NCBI RefSeq assembly: GCF_947492715.1
Contig: NZ_CANLNS010000007.1
Location: forward strand, 140,591 to 204,590
Length of the DNA stretch: 64,000 bases
From: an uncultured Psychroserpens sp.
GTDB lineage: Bacteria; Bacteroidota; Bacteroidia; Flavobacteriales; Flavobacteriaceae
Reading direction: 5' to 3'
Shown one piece after another: positions 18,862-30,450 of this stretch. Positions within the stretch are counted from its first letter, which is position 1, and each line of letters opens with the position of its first letter. The notes under the pieces were generated by a model. It did no database searches and was not told the origin of the DNA. It saw only the letters and a program-made list of their open reading frames with translations. The position numbers and the translations under genes were made by a program.

Positions 18862-19191
18862 TTATTCCTGAACGTCGTCTTCAGTGTTTCTGTAATAAAT
18901 CTTGTCGTCTAACCATTCTTGAACAGCTAAAGCGTGTGGCTTAGGCAATTTTTCATAGAATTTAGACACTTCAATTTGCTCTTTGTTTTCAAAGATTTCT
19001 TCTAGACTATCATTATAAGTAGCAAACTCTTCAAGTTTATCAACTAACTCACGTCTAATGTCTGTATTGATCTGTTCTGCTCTTTTTGAGATTACAGAAA
19101 TTGCTTCATAGATATTATCTGTTGGTGCATCAATGACATTTCTGTCATAAGTTTCTGTTGTTACAGGAGCATTGGTCTTCTTTAAATCCAT
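18862..19191 (-). CDS. rpoZ: DNA-directed RNA polymerase subunit omega
   Basis: 109-aa acidic protein with NIYEAISVISKRAEQIN, in the conserved bamD-rpoZ-coaBC position. Confidence 0.75.
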   Translation of the reverse strand: MDLKKTNAPVTTETYDRNVIDAPTDNIYEAISVISKRAEQINTDIRRELVDKLEEFATYNDSLEEIFENKEQIEVSKFYEKLPKPHALAVQEWLDDKIYYRNTEDDVQE

Positions 19192-19203
19192 TATGTATGT
19201 GTA

Positions 19204-20019
19204 TTAACTTTTTGTATTATATTGTTGTACAGCCGTTGTCATTTCTTCATTCATCTTATCGGCATCTTTCATTAGTTCTGAATTAGGAAAGAACTTTTTA
19301 AAACTGTCATAATAACTTATTGCAGTATTTAATCGTGCCTGTTTTTTTGACTGTATACTATTAATTCCTAATTTATATGCAGAATCCAATCTATAGAACA
19401 TGGCTTCTTCTTTAAACGTTGTTCCTGGAAAATCTGCCAAGAAGTTATCAAACGCTTTTATAGCCGCTTCATAATCTGATGATTCAAAATAGGCTACTCT
19501 ATTATATTGTTTTGCAATTTCGAATGCTTTTCGTTCTAACTTATAATCTAATTCTTTAATCAACTTATTAGCTTGTGGTAGAAAATCAGAATTCGGATAT
19601 TTATTCACAAATAATTGTAGCTTTTCAAGAGCTTCTATCGTTTCTTGCTGTTCTTTACTATAAACAGGAGATACTTCATAATAGCTCTTAGCCGCTAAAA
19701 AAGCAGCCTCTTCAACTTTCTGACTGTTTGGATATGAATTTTCAAATCGCGTAAAGTGATATCCTGCTTCGAGATAACTTCTCATTTCATACAATGACTT
19801 TGCATGCATAAAAGTTAATTTCTCAGCTTGTGGTTTACCAACATATTTCGGAAGAATTTGTCCTAACAACTTATAGGCCTTAGACCATTTTCCGTCTTCG
19901 TACATTTTCGTACCCAACTCAAATTTGGTCTTAATATCTTCAGACTTTAATGCTTTTTGGTATTCGCTACAAGAGTTAAACACCAAAAGAGCGACTAATA
20001 AGTAAACTAATTTCTTCAT
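19204..20019 (-). CDS. bamD: outer membrane protein assembly factor BamD (TPR lipoprotein)
   Basis: Lipoprotein signal MKKLVYLLVALLVFNSC from ATG 20019, which I prefer over the ORF-track start at 20085. TPR-like repeats follow. Confidence 0.8.
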   Translation of the reverse strand: MKKLVYLLVALLVFNSCSEYQKALKSEDIKTKFELGTKMYEDGKWSKAYKLLGQILPKYVGKPQAEKLTFMHAKSLYEMRSYLEAGYHFTRFENSYPNSQKVEEAAFLAAKSYYEVSPVYSKEQQETIEALEKLQLFVNKYPNSDFLPQANKLIKELDYKLERKAFEIAKQYNRVAYFESSDYEAAIKAFDNFLADFPGTTFKEEAMFYRLDSAYKLGINSIQSKKQARLNTAISYYDSFKKFFPNSELMKDADKMNEEMTTAVQQYNTKS

Positions 20020-20140
20020 AAATAAAAAACAGGTTGCAAAAGTACGTATTTCTAACGTATTATAAAAACAAAAAATTATGTTCAAAAATAACGTTTGAAA
20101 TCAGGTGCTCACTAAGTTTAAGTATATTTTAACTATTAAT

Positions 20141-21022
20141 CTAGTCTTCTAAATTTTGTAGTGCTGTTTTTATCTTTTGTTTTAGCTCTTCTGTGGCTTC
20201 CACCAAAGGCAATCTAACTGCCGATTTTGATAAGTTCAAGGCTTCTAAAACAGCTTTAATCCCAGCAGGATTATTCTCAGAAAAAATAAGGGATGTAAGC
20301 TCCATTAATTCAAAATGAATCTTATAAGCCTCTTTAGCCTTCCCTTCGAGTCCGAGATTAATCATAGTCGTGAATTTTTTAGGTAATGCCTGTCCTAAAA
20401 CAGATATCACTCCTGCTCCACCAGCCAAAACAACTCCAAGCACCAAATCATCATCTCCCGAAATTATCAAGAAATCATCTGGCTTATCTCTTAGTAATTT
20501 TAAGTATTGATGCACGTTGTTACCAGCCTCTTTTACTGCGATTATATTTTTAAAATCTCTTGCCAATCGCAATGTTGTTTCTGGTGTCATATTAGAAGAT
20601 GTTCGACCAGGAACATTGTACAAAATGATATCTACTGGAGACGCCTCTGAAATGGCTTTAAAATGCTGATAAATTCCTTCTTGTTGTGGTTTGCTATAGT
20701 ATGGTGAAACAGACAGAAGCGCATCAATAGCACTCAAATCTGTAGTTGTAATTTCTTCAATAACCTGAGCTGTATTATTTCCACCAACACCCAAAACCAA
20801 AGGTACTCGTCCCTTATTAGCTTCAACAATTGTCTTTATAATATCCTGTTTCTCATGTTTGGTAATCGTAACGCTCTCGCCTGTGGTACCACTAATTACG
20901 ATATAGTCTGTACCATTGTCTATGTTAAAATTCACCAAGTTTGCCAATGCATTATGGTCTACCGTAAGGTCTGCATTAAAAGGCGTGATAATGGCCACAC
21001 CTGTACCATGAAATTTAGTCAT
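20141..21022 (-). CDS. dapA: 4-hydroxy-tetrahydrodipicolinate synthase
   Basis: GTGVAIITPF, ISGTTGES and YNVPGRT motifs. Confidence 0.95.
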   Translation of the reverse strand: MTKFHGTGVAIITPFNADLTVDHNALANLVNFNIDNGTDYIVISGTTGESVTITKHEKQDIIKTIVEANKGRVPLVLGVGGNNTAQVIEEITTTDLSAIDALLSVSPYYSKPQQEGIYQHFKAISEASPVDIILYNVPGRTSSNMTPETTLRLARDFKNIIAVKEAGNNVHQYLKLLRDKPDDFLIISGDDDLVLGVVLAGGAGVISVLGQALPKKFTTMINLGLEGKAKEAYKIHFELMELTSLIFSENNPAGIKAVLEALNLSKSAVRLPLVEATEELKQKIKTALQNLED

Positions 21023-21540
21023 TATAATTTATTTAAAACGGTTAAATATTTTTTCATTTCTTTTTTAAAAACCGAAAAATTTTTTGGTTCTATATTTATC
21101 ATCAAATCGTAAAATCGTTGATCCTCATTCGTTAAACCAACTTTGAAATTTGCTTTTGATGACGCCACAATCATATCGAGTTCTAAGTGTTTTTCCCTAT
21201 AATAAGAGATTAACACATCAAATTTAGTATCAATAAAGGTTTGTAAGTCGATATTATTTATCTTTCCTTTCCAACCAAAATCTTTTGGATTGAAATAAGT
21301 ATCCCAAAGCACATTTGTGTCTTTCGAATCCTCAACAAAAGCTATTATTTTAGTCTTTGCCTGCTGAATTCCTAAACTTTTAAAATACATTCTAAAAGAC
21401 TCAAAATCTGAATATTCACTAATATTCAAAATAACACCTACAGTTGCCATTTTACTGTTACTAACAGCAACACTTCTAGCACTTAACAATTTGTTGATGT
21501 ATTTTTGGTTTGATTTTGTCTTAAATGCCTTTAAAATCAT
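21022..21540 (-). CDS. conserved hypothetical protein
   Basis: 172-aa ORF abutting dapA (start/stop overlap). No motif recognised. Confidence 0.55.
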   Translation of the reverse strand: MILKAFKTKSNQKYINKLLSARSVAVSNSKMATVGVILNISEYSDFESFRMYFKSLGIQQAKTKIIAFVEDSKDTNVLWDTYFNPKDFGWKGKINNIDLQTFIDTKFDVLISYYREKHLELDMIVASSKANFKVGLTNEDQRFYDLMINIEPKNFSVFKKEMKKYLTVLNKL

Positions 21541-21612
21541 TTATATTTATGCTTTGTACAAATGTACTAAAAACACATCGTACGATATTGTAAACATTTC
21601 ACAATAAATTCT

Positions 21613-22371
21613 ATGAATTATAAACATTTTATTCTTCTTATTTGCCTTGTTACGTTGAGTTCATGTAAACAAGACAGTTACCTCAATAAAATTGAAGGAA
21701 AACAAATAAACATCTCCGATAGTCTTCAGCCAGATAAAACTATAGAAGCATTTATTAAGCCTTATAGAGAACACGTTAATGCTAACTTGGATAGTGTTTT
21801 AGCTTATGCCGTTAATACATTATCTAAAAGTGATGGGGAGTATAATACAGCCATAGGAAATATGATGGCCGATGCCGTTTTTGAGCAAGCCAATCCTATT
21901 TTTAAATCTAGAACTGGTCATGATATAGATATGGTACTGCTTAATCATGGTGGTATTCGTGCAATCATTTCCAAAGGAAACGTAACCTCAAGAACCGCAT
22001 ACGAAGTGATGCCTTTTGATAATTCGGTTGTGGTTGTAGAACTAAAAGGGCAACAAGTAAAAGAATTATTAGATTATCTCGTTAGAGCTAAACGTGCGCA
22101 TCCTATTTCTAAATTAAAAATTACTCTTGATAAAGACACACTTTTACAATCTGCTTTTATTAATGACAAACCTATAGATTTAAACACATCTTATTTTGTT
22201 GCAACGAATGATTACTTATACAATGGTGGAGATCGAATGAATTTCTTCAAAACTAATGACAGTCTTTATGTTTTAGATTACAAGGTTAGAAATGTGCTTA
22301 TTGATTATTTTTCAGAGACTGATACTTTAAGACCAGTTATTGATGATCGTTTTATTCAGTTAAAAAATTAA
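21613..22371 (+). CDS. 5'-nucleotidase C-terminal (substrate-binding) domain lipoprotein
   Basis: Lipoprotein signal LICLVTLSSC. NHGGIRA and ATNDYLYNGGD motifs of the UshA C-terminal domain. Confidence 0.8.
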   Translation: MNYKHFILLICLVTLSSCKQDSYLNKIEGKQINISDSLQPDKTIEAFIKPYREHVNANLDSVLAYAVNTLSKSDGEYNTAIGNMMADAVFEQANPIFKSRTGHDIDMVLLNHGGIRAIISKGNVTSRTAYEVMPFDNSVVVVELKGQQVKELLDYLVRAKRAHPISKLKITLDKDTLLQSAFINDKPIDLNTSYFVATNDYLYNGGDRMNFFKTNDSLYVLDYKVRNVLIDYFSETDTLRPVIDDRFIQLKN

Positions 22372-22373
22372 TT

Positions 22374-23285
22374 ATGAAAAGAAGAGATTTTATTCAGCAA
22401 ACAGCAGCGGCGTCAGCATTAATTGGACTTGGCGGAATGGGTTTATCATCATTTAAACCAGCTACTAAAAAAATTACCATCTTACATACTAATGATGTTC
22501 ACAGCCATATTGATGCTTTTGGTCCAGATGATGGACGAAATCCAAATCAAGGTGGTGTTGCCAGACGTGCTAGTTTAATTGATGCCATTAGAAAAGAAAA
22601 CCCCAATACTTTATTACTAGATGCAGGAGATATTTTCCAAGGCACACCATACTTTAATTATTATGGAGGTGAACTGGAATTTAAACTAATGAGCATGCTT
22701 AAATATGACGTTGCCACCATCGGAAATCACGATTTTGACAATGGTATTGACGGACTTTATGCACAATTACCACATGCTAAATTTGATTTTGTTTCAGCGA
22801 ACTACGATTTCTCAGATACTGTTTTAGACACTCATGTTAAGCCATATCGTATCATTATAAAAGATGGGATTAAAATTGGAATTTTCGGATTAGGAATTGA
22901 ACTCGAAGGACTTGTTGAAAAAAGGATGTATAAAGAAACTCTTTATTTAGACCCTACAGAAACAGCCCAAGAAATGACACGTATTCTCAAACAAGATGAA
23001 AAATGCGACCTAATTATTTGCTTATCACATTTAGGGTACAATTATAGAAATAGGCCAGAAAAGATTAGTGATCTCAAATTAGCAGAAACCACAAAAGATA
23101 TCGATTTAATTATTGGAGGCCATACGCATACATTTCTTAAAAAACCAACGGTTGTAAAGAACGCTATTGGAGAAAATTTATTAGTAAATCAAGTAGGCTG
23201 TTATGGTATCAATCTTGGAAGAATAGATTTCTACTTTGATTCTGATAAGAACAAAGCGGCAAACGGAAAATCTATTATCGTTTAA
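22374..23285 (+). CDS. metallophosphoesterase (5'-nucleotidase N-terminal catalytic domain) with twin-arginine signal
   Basis: MKRRDFIQQTAAASALIGLGG is a Tat signal. HTNDVHSH, GDIFQG, GNHDFD and GGHTH are calcineurin-like metallophosphatase motifs. Confidence 0.85.
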   Translation: MKRRDFIQQTAAASALIGLGGMGLSSFKPATKKITILHTNDVHSHIDAFGPDDGRNPNQGGVARRASLIDAIRKENPNTLLLDAGDIFQGTPYFNYYGGELEFKLMSMLKYDVATIGNHDFDNGIDGLYAQLPHAKFDFVSANYDFSDTVLDTHVKPYRIIIKDGIKIGIFGLGIELEGLVEKRMYKETLYLDPTETAQEMTRILKQDEKCDLIICLSHLGYNYRNRPEKISDLKLAETTKDIDLIIGGHTHTFLKKPTVVKNAIGENLLVNQVGCYGINLGRIDFYFDSDKNKAANGKSIIV

Positions 23286-24062
23286 TTATAAATGAACTCG
23301 AATTTCGCGTAATCGCTCTGTAGTAGGAATGAAATACGTCTTAAAATTAATGCGCTTGTTATTATTTCGATTCATGTAGTAATCATAAACATACTTATAT
23401 AGTAAAAACAAACCTGCCGTATGAAGGACACCTTCGAAGACTTCGAATATCCAATAATAGACATATAAGTTACATATATAGTGTAACACATCTGAAAACA
23501 CAAAACAAAAAACCATCAATAAAAAGGTAATAGACTGCGCTGTTTCTCTACTTAAATACACGGCAAATGCAAAATAAGTCATAGCTATTAATGTAATACC
23601 ATGACAGATATATAGTACTAGATTTATAGTATCTACAAAATTATCTTTGGCTACACCATAAAGCGCATATAGAAAATACGAATTGAGCAATAGCACGAGT
23701 ACGAGATACACAGTGACTAAACCTTCAAACTTAACACGCTTCAATTTTCCTAGAAGAACAAAAATGAGTAGCAAGTAAGCACCAATATACATTGTTTTTG
23801 ATAATTTAGAAGCTATGTCTCCAAAATCAAATACAGAAAAGGCATCACCTACAAAAAACACTAAAAAAACGGTTAAAAAGATGTTAGCCATTTTATTAAG
23901 TTGACAAAAGTAAAACGTGAGTAATATCGTAACCGTGATTAGCTTGGCTATTTTAGGCACAACGATCACATCAAAATAGGTAGCTAACGACGTGCCAAGA
24001 AGCAAGACGAATAAGACCATAACCAATACCATATTTGGCTTTAATTTTTGCATTTTATGCAT
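23286..24062 (-). CDS. polytopic membrane protein, weakly YhhN/lysoplasmalogenase-like
   Basis: About 8 hydrophobic helices. FFVGDAFSV and FVFSDVLHY resemble the paired GD/SD motifs of the YhhN family. Start set to ATG 24062 because a TAtaTTTG -7 box lies 24 nt upstream, mirroring the paralogous gene at 25322. Confidence 0.5.
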   Translation of the reverse strand: MHKMQKLKPNMVLVMVLFVLLLGTSLATYFDVIVVPKIAKLITVTILLTFYFCQLNKMANIFLTVFLVFFVGDAFSVFDFGDIASKLSKTMYIGAYLLLIFVLLGKLKRVKFEGLVTVYLVLVLLLNSYFLYALYGVAKDNFVDTINLVLYICHGITLIAMTYFAFAVYLSRETAQSITFLLMVFCFVFSDVLHYICNLYVYYWIFEVFEGVLHTAGLFLLYKYVYDYYMNRNNNKRINFKTYFIPTTERLREIRVHL

Positions 24063-24085
24063 GGTAGATTTTTTATTGGGTGAAG

Positions 24086-24093
24086 CAAATATA
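24086..24093 (-). promoter_or_regulatory. Bacteroidota -7 box TAtaTTTG
   Basis: caaatata on the + strand, inside a ~55-nt block homologous to 25343-25395. Confidence 0.55.
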
Positions 24094-24209
24094 CTAAAAA
24101 TTGCGTATTTCAACGAATAAAACATACATTTAATCGATTTTTTAACAAATTTTATCTGTATCTGTAGGGTTTATTTTTCTAATCGTCTAATAGACAATAC
24201 ACTTATATT

Positions 24210-24599
24210 ATGAAAAAATATTTACCACTTATTTTGAGACTTGCAGTCGCCATTATTTTAATACAAACCTTACGCTTTAAATTCACAGGGCATGAAGACA
24301 GTATTTATATTTTCTCAAAAGTTGGTTTAGAGCCTGTTGGCAGAATTGGTATTGGAATTGTCGAGTTAATAGCAGGTATCTTATTACTGTTCAAAAAAAC
24401 AGCCTGGGCTGGTGCAACATTAACAATAGGTATTATTGGCGGAGCAATTATGATGCACTTAACGCAATTAGGAATAGAAATAAAAGGTGATGGAGGTGTA
24501 CTTTTCTATACCGCAGTTACAACATTTGTACTAGCACTAATTATTCTCTATATCTATAGAAAAGACATTCCTGTTTTAGGAAAAAAATTAAGCTTCTAA
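24210..24599 (+). CDS. DoxX-family membrane protein
   Basis: 129 aa with four hydrophobic helices. The N-terminus LILRLAVAIILIQTLRFKF is typical of DoxX-like proteins. Confidence 0.65.
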   Translation: MKKYLPLILRLAVAIILIQTLRFKFTGHEDSIYIFSKVGLEPVGRIGIGIVELIAGILLLFKKTAWAGATLTIGIIGGAIMMHLTQLGIEIKGDGGVLFYTAVTTFVLALIILYIYRKDIPVLGKKLSF

Positions 24600-25322
24600 A
24601 TTTTGAGTTTCGTAAGCCATTGTTTGTTCATTTTCTAAACGCGACTGCAGATAGAAGAACGCAAATGCAGCCACTAAAAACATTGAACACAATACATTGA
24701 GTACGTTAGAATCGGCAACATAAAAATAAGCGAGTTGTAAGATTTCAGAAAACACAATACAAATAGATCCTATGAGGAGATTCATTGATTTCTTATTATC
24801 CTTATGCATATAGTTAATTAAAGCTAATCCCATCAAACTCATAATTACTGCATTGTATATAAACTCAAGCATATATTCCGAATTATCAAGCTCTTCTCTG
24901 GTTGTATCGGTAACTAAGTACACGACAAAAATGCCTAAAACCGTAAGTAATATCGTTTGCACAAAAAATTTAGACATTGCTTTAAACATATTGGTTCCAA
25001 CAAATATTCTAGCAATTAAAAATGAATAAGAAAATATATAAAGGCCATTTCCAATATAATAGAAGTAGTCTACATCATTACTAAAATCAAAATCTATAAC
25101 CCAAGTTACATAGTTTAATATTTCCGCAGCGGTAAAAAATAGGAGAAATAACAAAAAGAAGATTTGCTTATCCTTTACACGCATAACATACAATATGGTT
25201 AACATGACCATAGCCAATGCTCTCACTCCAGAAGCGTGTAGTTCTAAAGCCTGAGATTGCAGACCTAGAAATAGTATACTCAGTAGTATAAGTACAATCC
25301 CTATAATTTTACTTAAATACAT
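24588..25322 (-). CDS. polytopic membrane protein, divergent paralog of 23286-24062
   Basis: About 8 helices. FTAAEILNY and VFSEILQLA sit where the paralog has its GD/SD motifs. The upstream region is homologous to that of the paralog. Confidence 0.5.
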   Translation of the reverse strand: MYLSKIIGIVLILLSILFLGLQSQALELHASGVRALAMVMLTILYVMRVKDKQIFFLLFLLFFTAAEILNYVTWVIDFDFSNDVDYFYYIGNGLYIFSYSFLIARIFVGTNMFKAMSKFFVQTILLTVLGIFVVYLVTDTTREELDNSEYMLEFIYNAVIMSLMGLALINYMHKDNKKSMNLLIGSICIVFSEILQLAYFYVADSNVLNVLCSMFLVAAFAFFYLQSRLENEQTMAYETQNLEA

Positions 25323-25344
25323 AATTTATTCCTTAATAGCATAG

Positions 25345-25352
25345 CAAATATA
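25345..25352 (-). promoter_or_regulatory. Bacteroidota -7 box TAtaTTTG
   Basis: caaatata on the + strand, 23 nt upstream of ATG 25322. Confidence 0.55.
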
Positions 25353-25419
25353 CGCAAAAAATACATATAAACGAATAAAAATGCATTTAATCGATAAAAT
25401 TTAACATTTTGTAGGAATT

Positions 25420-27459
<2,040 letters not shown>

Positions 27460-27464
27460 CTAAA

Positions 27465-29741
27465 ATGTACATCAAAAAAATTGTAGCCCTAAGTGTTTTT
27501 ATTAGCTTTTTATTCAGTTGTAAATCTGAAGAGCATAGAACTACCAAAATCTCTCAAATCATTCCTACACCATCAACACAAACTATTAATCCAGGTTATT
27601 TCGTTCTTAATAATGACGTAGGAATCACCTACGACGACAATTTTAAAACCTCTGGCGATTTTCTTCAGAATTTTATCGAAACCGGAAGCTCTATTACTCT
27701 TGAGAACAACGACGATATAACATTTGTTCTTGACAACTCCATAGAACATAACGAAGGCTATGTACTGGATATCAAACCATATGAAATACGAATTCGTGCA
27801 AAAACCGATAGAGGTGCGTTTTATGCTGTACAAACACTACGACAACTATTACCTCCAGAATTTGAAAACAATACATTTTCAGAAGAAACAGTTAGCATAC
27901 AATGCATGACCATTACAGATGCACCTCAATTTAGTTATAGAGGAATGCATTTAGATGTTGGTAGACATATGTTTTCTGTAGATTTTATTAAAAAATACAT
28001 TGACGCGCTTGCCATGTTAAAAATGAATACATTTCATTGGCATCTTACTGAAGATCAAGGTTGGCGTATCGAAATAAAAAAATACCCAAAATTACAGGAA
28101 GTGGCTGCATTTCGAGACGAAACATTAATTGGACATTACAGTGATCAACCACATCAGTTTGACGGAAAGCGTTATGGTGGTTTTTACACACAAGCCGAAA
28201 TTAAAGATATCATCGCATATGCGCAAAGTAGACAAGTTACTGTAATTCCAGAAATTGAATTACCTGGTCATGCTCAAGCAGCTATTGCTGCCTACCCTAA
28301 TTTAGGATGTACTGGAGAACAAGTTGATGTCGCCACTAAATGGGGTGTTTTTGAACATATCTATTGCTCTAAAGATGAAACCTTTGAATTTTTAGAAGAT
28401 GTGTTAGACGAAGTTGTCGCTCTTTTTCCTAGTGAATATATTCATATTGGAGGTGACGAAGCACCAAAAACACAATGGAAATCGTGTAATAAATGTCAAG
28501 AGCGTATCCAAAGTGAGGGTTTAAAGGACGAGCATGAGCTTCAAAACTATTTTATCACACGCATTGAAGCTTATCTTAATTCTAAGGGCAAACAAATTAT
28601 TGGCTGGGATGAAATTTTAGAGGGTGGATTAGCACCAAACGCAACCGTTATGTCATGGCGTGGTATTAAAGGCGCTGTTGAAGCGGCAAAACAAAAACAC
28701 AATGTGGTTATGACACCAACATCACATTGTTATTTTGATTATTACCAATCTACTAATCCGGATGAACCTACTGCTATAGGTGGCTTTTTACCTTTAGAGA
28801 AAGTCTATAGTTTCAATCCTATTCCAGAGGAGTTAAATGAAGACGAAGTACAATATGTACTTGGCGCACAAGGTAATATTTGGACAGAGTATATGCCTAC
28901 TTCAGATCAGGTAGAATATATGGCATTCCCAAGAATGCTCGCCATGAGTGAAGTAGTATGGTCAAAAGACGAGAACAAAAATTATATAGATTTTACAAAA
29001 CGTGTAGAATTATTCAATCAACGCTTAGATATGTTAGATATTAACTACGCCAATCACCTTTATGAAATTTCAGGGGAGCTTATTTCTGAAGGCGACACAA
29101 CAGCCTATGCACTAGCAACAACAACCGATAATAAGACGATCAGGTACACTCTAGATAATTCGGAGCCTAATGTATCGTCAGAGGTTTACAAAACTCCTAT
29201 TCCAATAACGGAAAGCCAAACTATCAAAGCAGCCGTTTTCAATTCTGAAAAGCGTTTAGGTTCTACGTTTTCTGAAACTATAAACTACCATAAAGCCGTT
29301 GGAAAAACAATTACGATTAACAAAATACCACACAAATCGTATTCGGGTAGCGGCCCCGAAGGTTTAATAAATGGCATTTCTGGAAGCGATTCCCGATATG
29401 GCGATAAAGAATGGTTAGGCTTTTGGGGAGAAGATATTGCAATTACAATTGATTTAGGTGAAGACACTGATGTTAAATCTATTAAAACAAGATTTCATAA
29501 CGGTAAAGGACAATGGATCTATGCGCCTAAAGAGATTGAATTTGGGTTTAGCGCTCATGGTATAGATTCAAAAGCAGATATTCCAACTTCAGAAAAGAAC
29601 ATTGTAGATGTTATTATTAAAGCCAATGTCAATACGAGATATATTTATATTAAACTCTCTAATTATGGCATTATTCCAGATGGCAACCAAGGCGCTGGCA
29701 ATAAGGCATGGACTTTTATTGACGAAATCATAGTAAACTAA
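27465..29741 (+). CDS. GH20 beta-N-acetylhexosaminidase with C-terminal discoidin (F5/8 type C)-like domain
   Basis: Lipoprotein signal FLFSC. HWHLTEDQGWRIE and HIGGDEAPK are GH20 catalytic-region motifs. Confidence 0.9.
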   Translation: MYIKKIVALSVFISFLFSCKSEEHRTTKISQIIPTPSTQTINPGYFVLNNDVGITYDDNFKTSGDFLQNFIETGSSITLENNDDITFVLDNSIEHNEGYVLDIKPYEIRIRAKTDRGAFYAVQTLRQLLPPEFENNTFSEETVSIQCMTITDAPQFSYRGMHLDVGRHMFSVDFIKKYIDALAMLKMNTFHWHLTEDQGWRIEIKKYPKLQEVAAFRDETLIGHYSDQPHQFDGKRYGGFYTQAEIKDIIAYAQSRQVTVIPEIELPGHAQAAIAAYPNLGCTGEQVDVATKWGVFEHIYCSKDETFEFLEDVLDEVVALFPSEYIHIGGDEAPKTQWKSCNKCQERIQSEGLKDEHELQNYFITRIEAYLNSKGKQIIGWDEILEGGLAPNATVMSWRGIKGAVEAAKQKHNVVMTPTSHCYFDYYQSTNPDEPTAIGGFLPLEKVYSFNPIPEELNEDEVQYVLGAQGNIWTEYMPTSDQVEYMAFPRMLAMSEVVWSKDENKNYIDFTKRVELFNQRLDMLDINYANHLYEISGELISEGDTTAYALATTTDNKTIRYTLDNSEPNVSSEVYKTPIPITESQTIKAAVFNSEKRLGSTFSETINYHKAVGKTITINKIPHKSYSGSGPEGLINGISGSDSRYGDKEWLGFWGEDIAITIDLGEDTDVKSIKTRFHNGKGQWIYAPKEIEFGFSAHGIDSKADIPTSEKNIVDVIIKANVNTRYIYIKLSNYGIIPDGNQGAGNKAWTFIDEIIVN

Positions 29742-29742
29742 T

Positions 29743-30450
29743 ATGCTTTTAGAAATTTGTGCTAACTCCTACCAATCTGCAAAAAATGCTCAAGAAGCTG
29801 GAGCACATCGCATTGAGCTTTGCAGTGAATTATCCATTGGAGGCATTACACCAAGCTATGGGTTAATACAACAAGTTATTACCGAATTAGAGATCAAAAC
29901 TTTTGTGCTCATAAGACCTAGAAGTGGAAACTTTTGCTATTCTGAAGCGGAGTTCGAGATTATAAAAAAAAACATTCAAGTCTGTAAAGATTTAGGATGT
30001 CATGGTATTGTTTCAGGTGTTTTGAATTCTGACAACACCATAGATATTAAACGCACACAAGAACTTATAGCTCTATCTCACCCATTACCATTTACCTTCC
30101 ATCGCGCTTTTGATATGGTTCCAAATCCTACAGAAGCTATTGAACGACTTATCGATTTAGGTGCGACTAGAGTGCTCACCTCTGGGCAGCAACCAAAAGC
30201 CATTGATGGTCTAGACACATTAAAAATGTTAAAACAGCAAGCCCAACATAGAATTACAATCTTGGTTGGTAGTGGCATCTCTTCGGAAAACGCTAAAGTT
30301 TTTAAAAATGAAGGTTTTCATGAAATCCATGCTTCAGCTTCTGAAATTATCAATTCTGAGTCATCGTCATATTTCGGAAACACACCTCAAACGGTTTCGA
30401 GTTTAAAAGAAATTAAAACCATTTTAAACGTGATTACAAATGAAATATAG
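29743..30450 (+). CDS. cutC: CutC-family protein
   Basis: MLLEICANSYQSAKNAQEAGAHRIELCS and FHRAFD motifs. Confidence 0.85.
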   Translation: MLLEICANSYQSAKNAQEAGAHRIELCSELSIGGITPSYGLIQQVITELEIKTFVLIRPRSGNFCYSEAEFEIIKKNIQVCKDLGCHGIVSGVLNSDNTIDIKRTQELIALSHPLPFTFHRAFDMVPNPTEAIERLIDLGATRVLTSGQQPKAIDGLDTLKMLKQQAQHRITILVGSGISSENAKVFKNEGFHEIHASASEIINSESSSYFGNTPQTVSSLKEIKTILNVITNEI

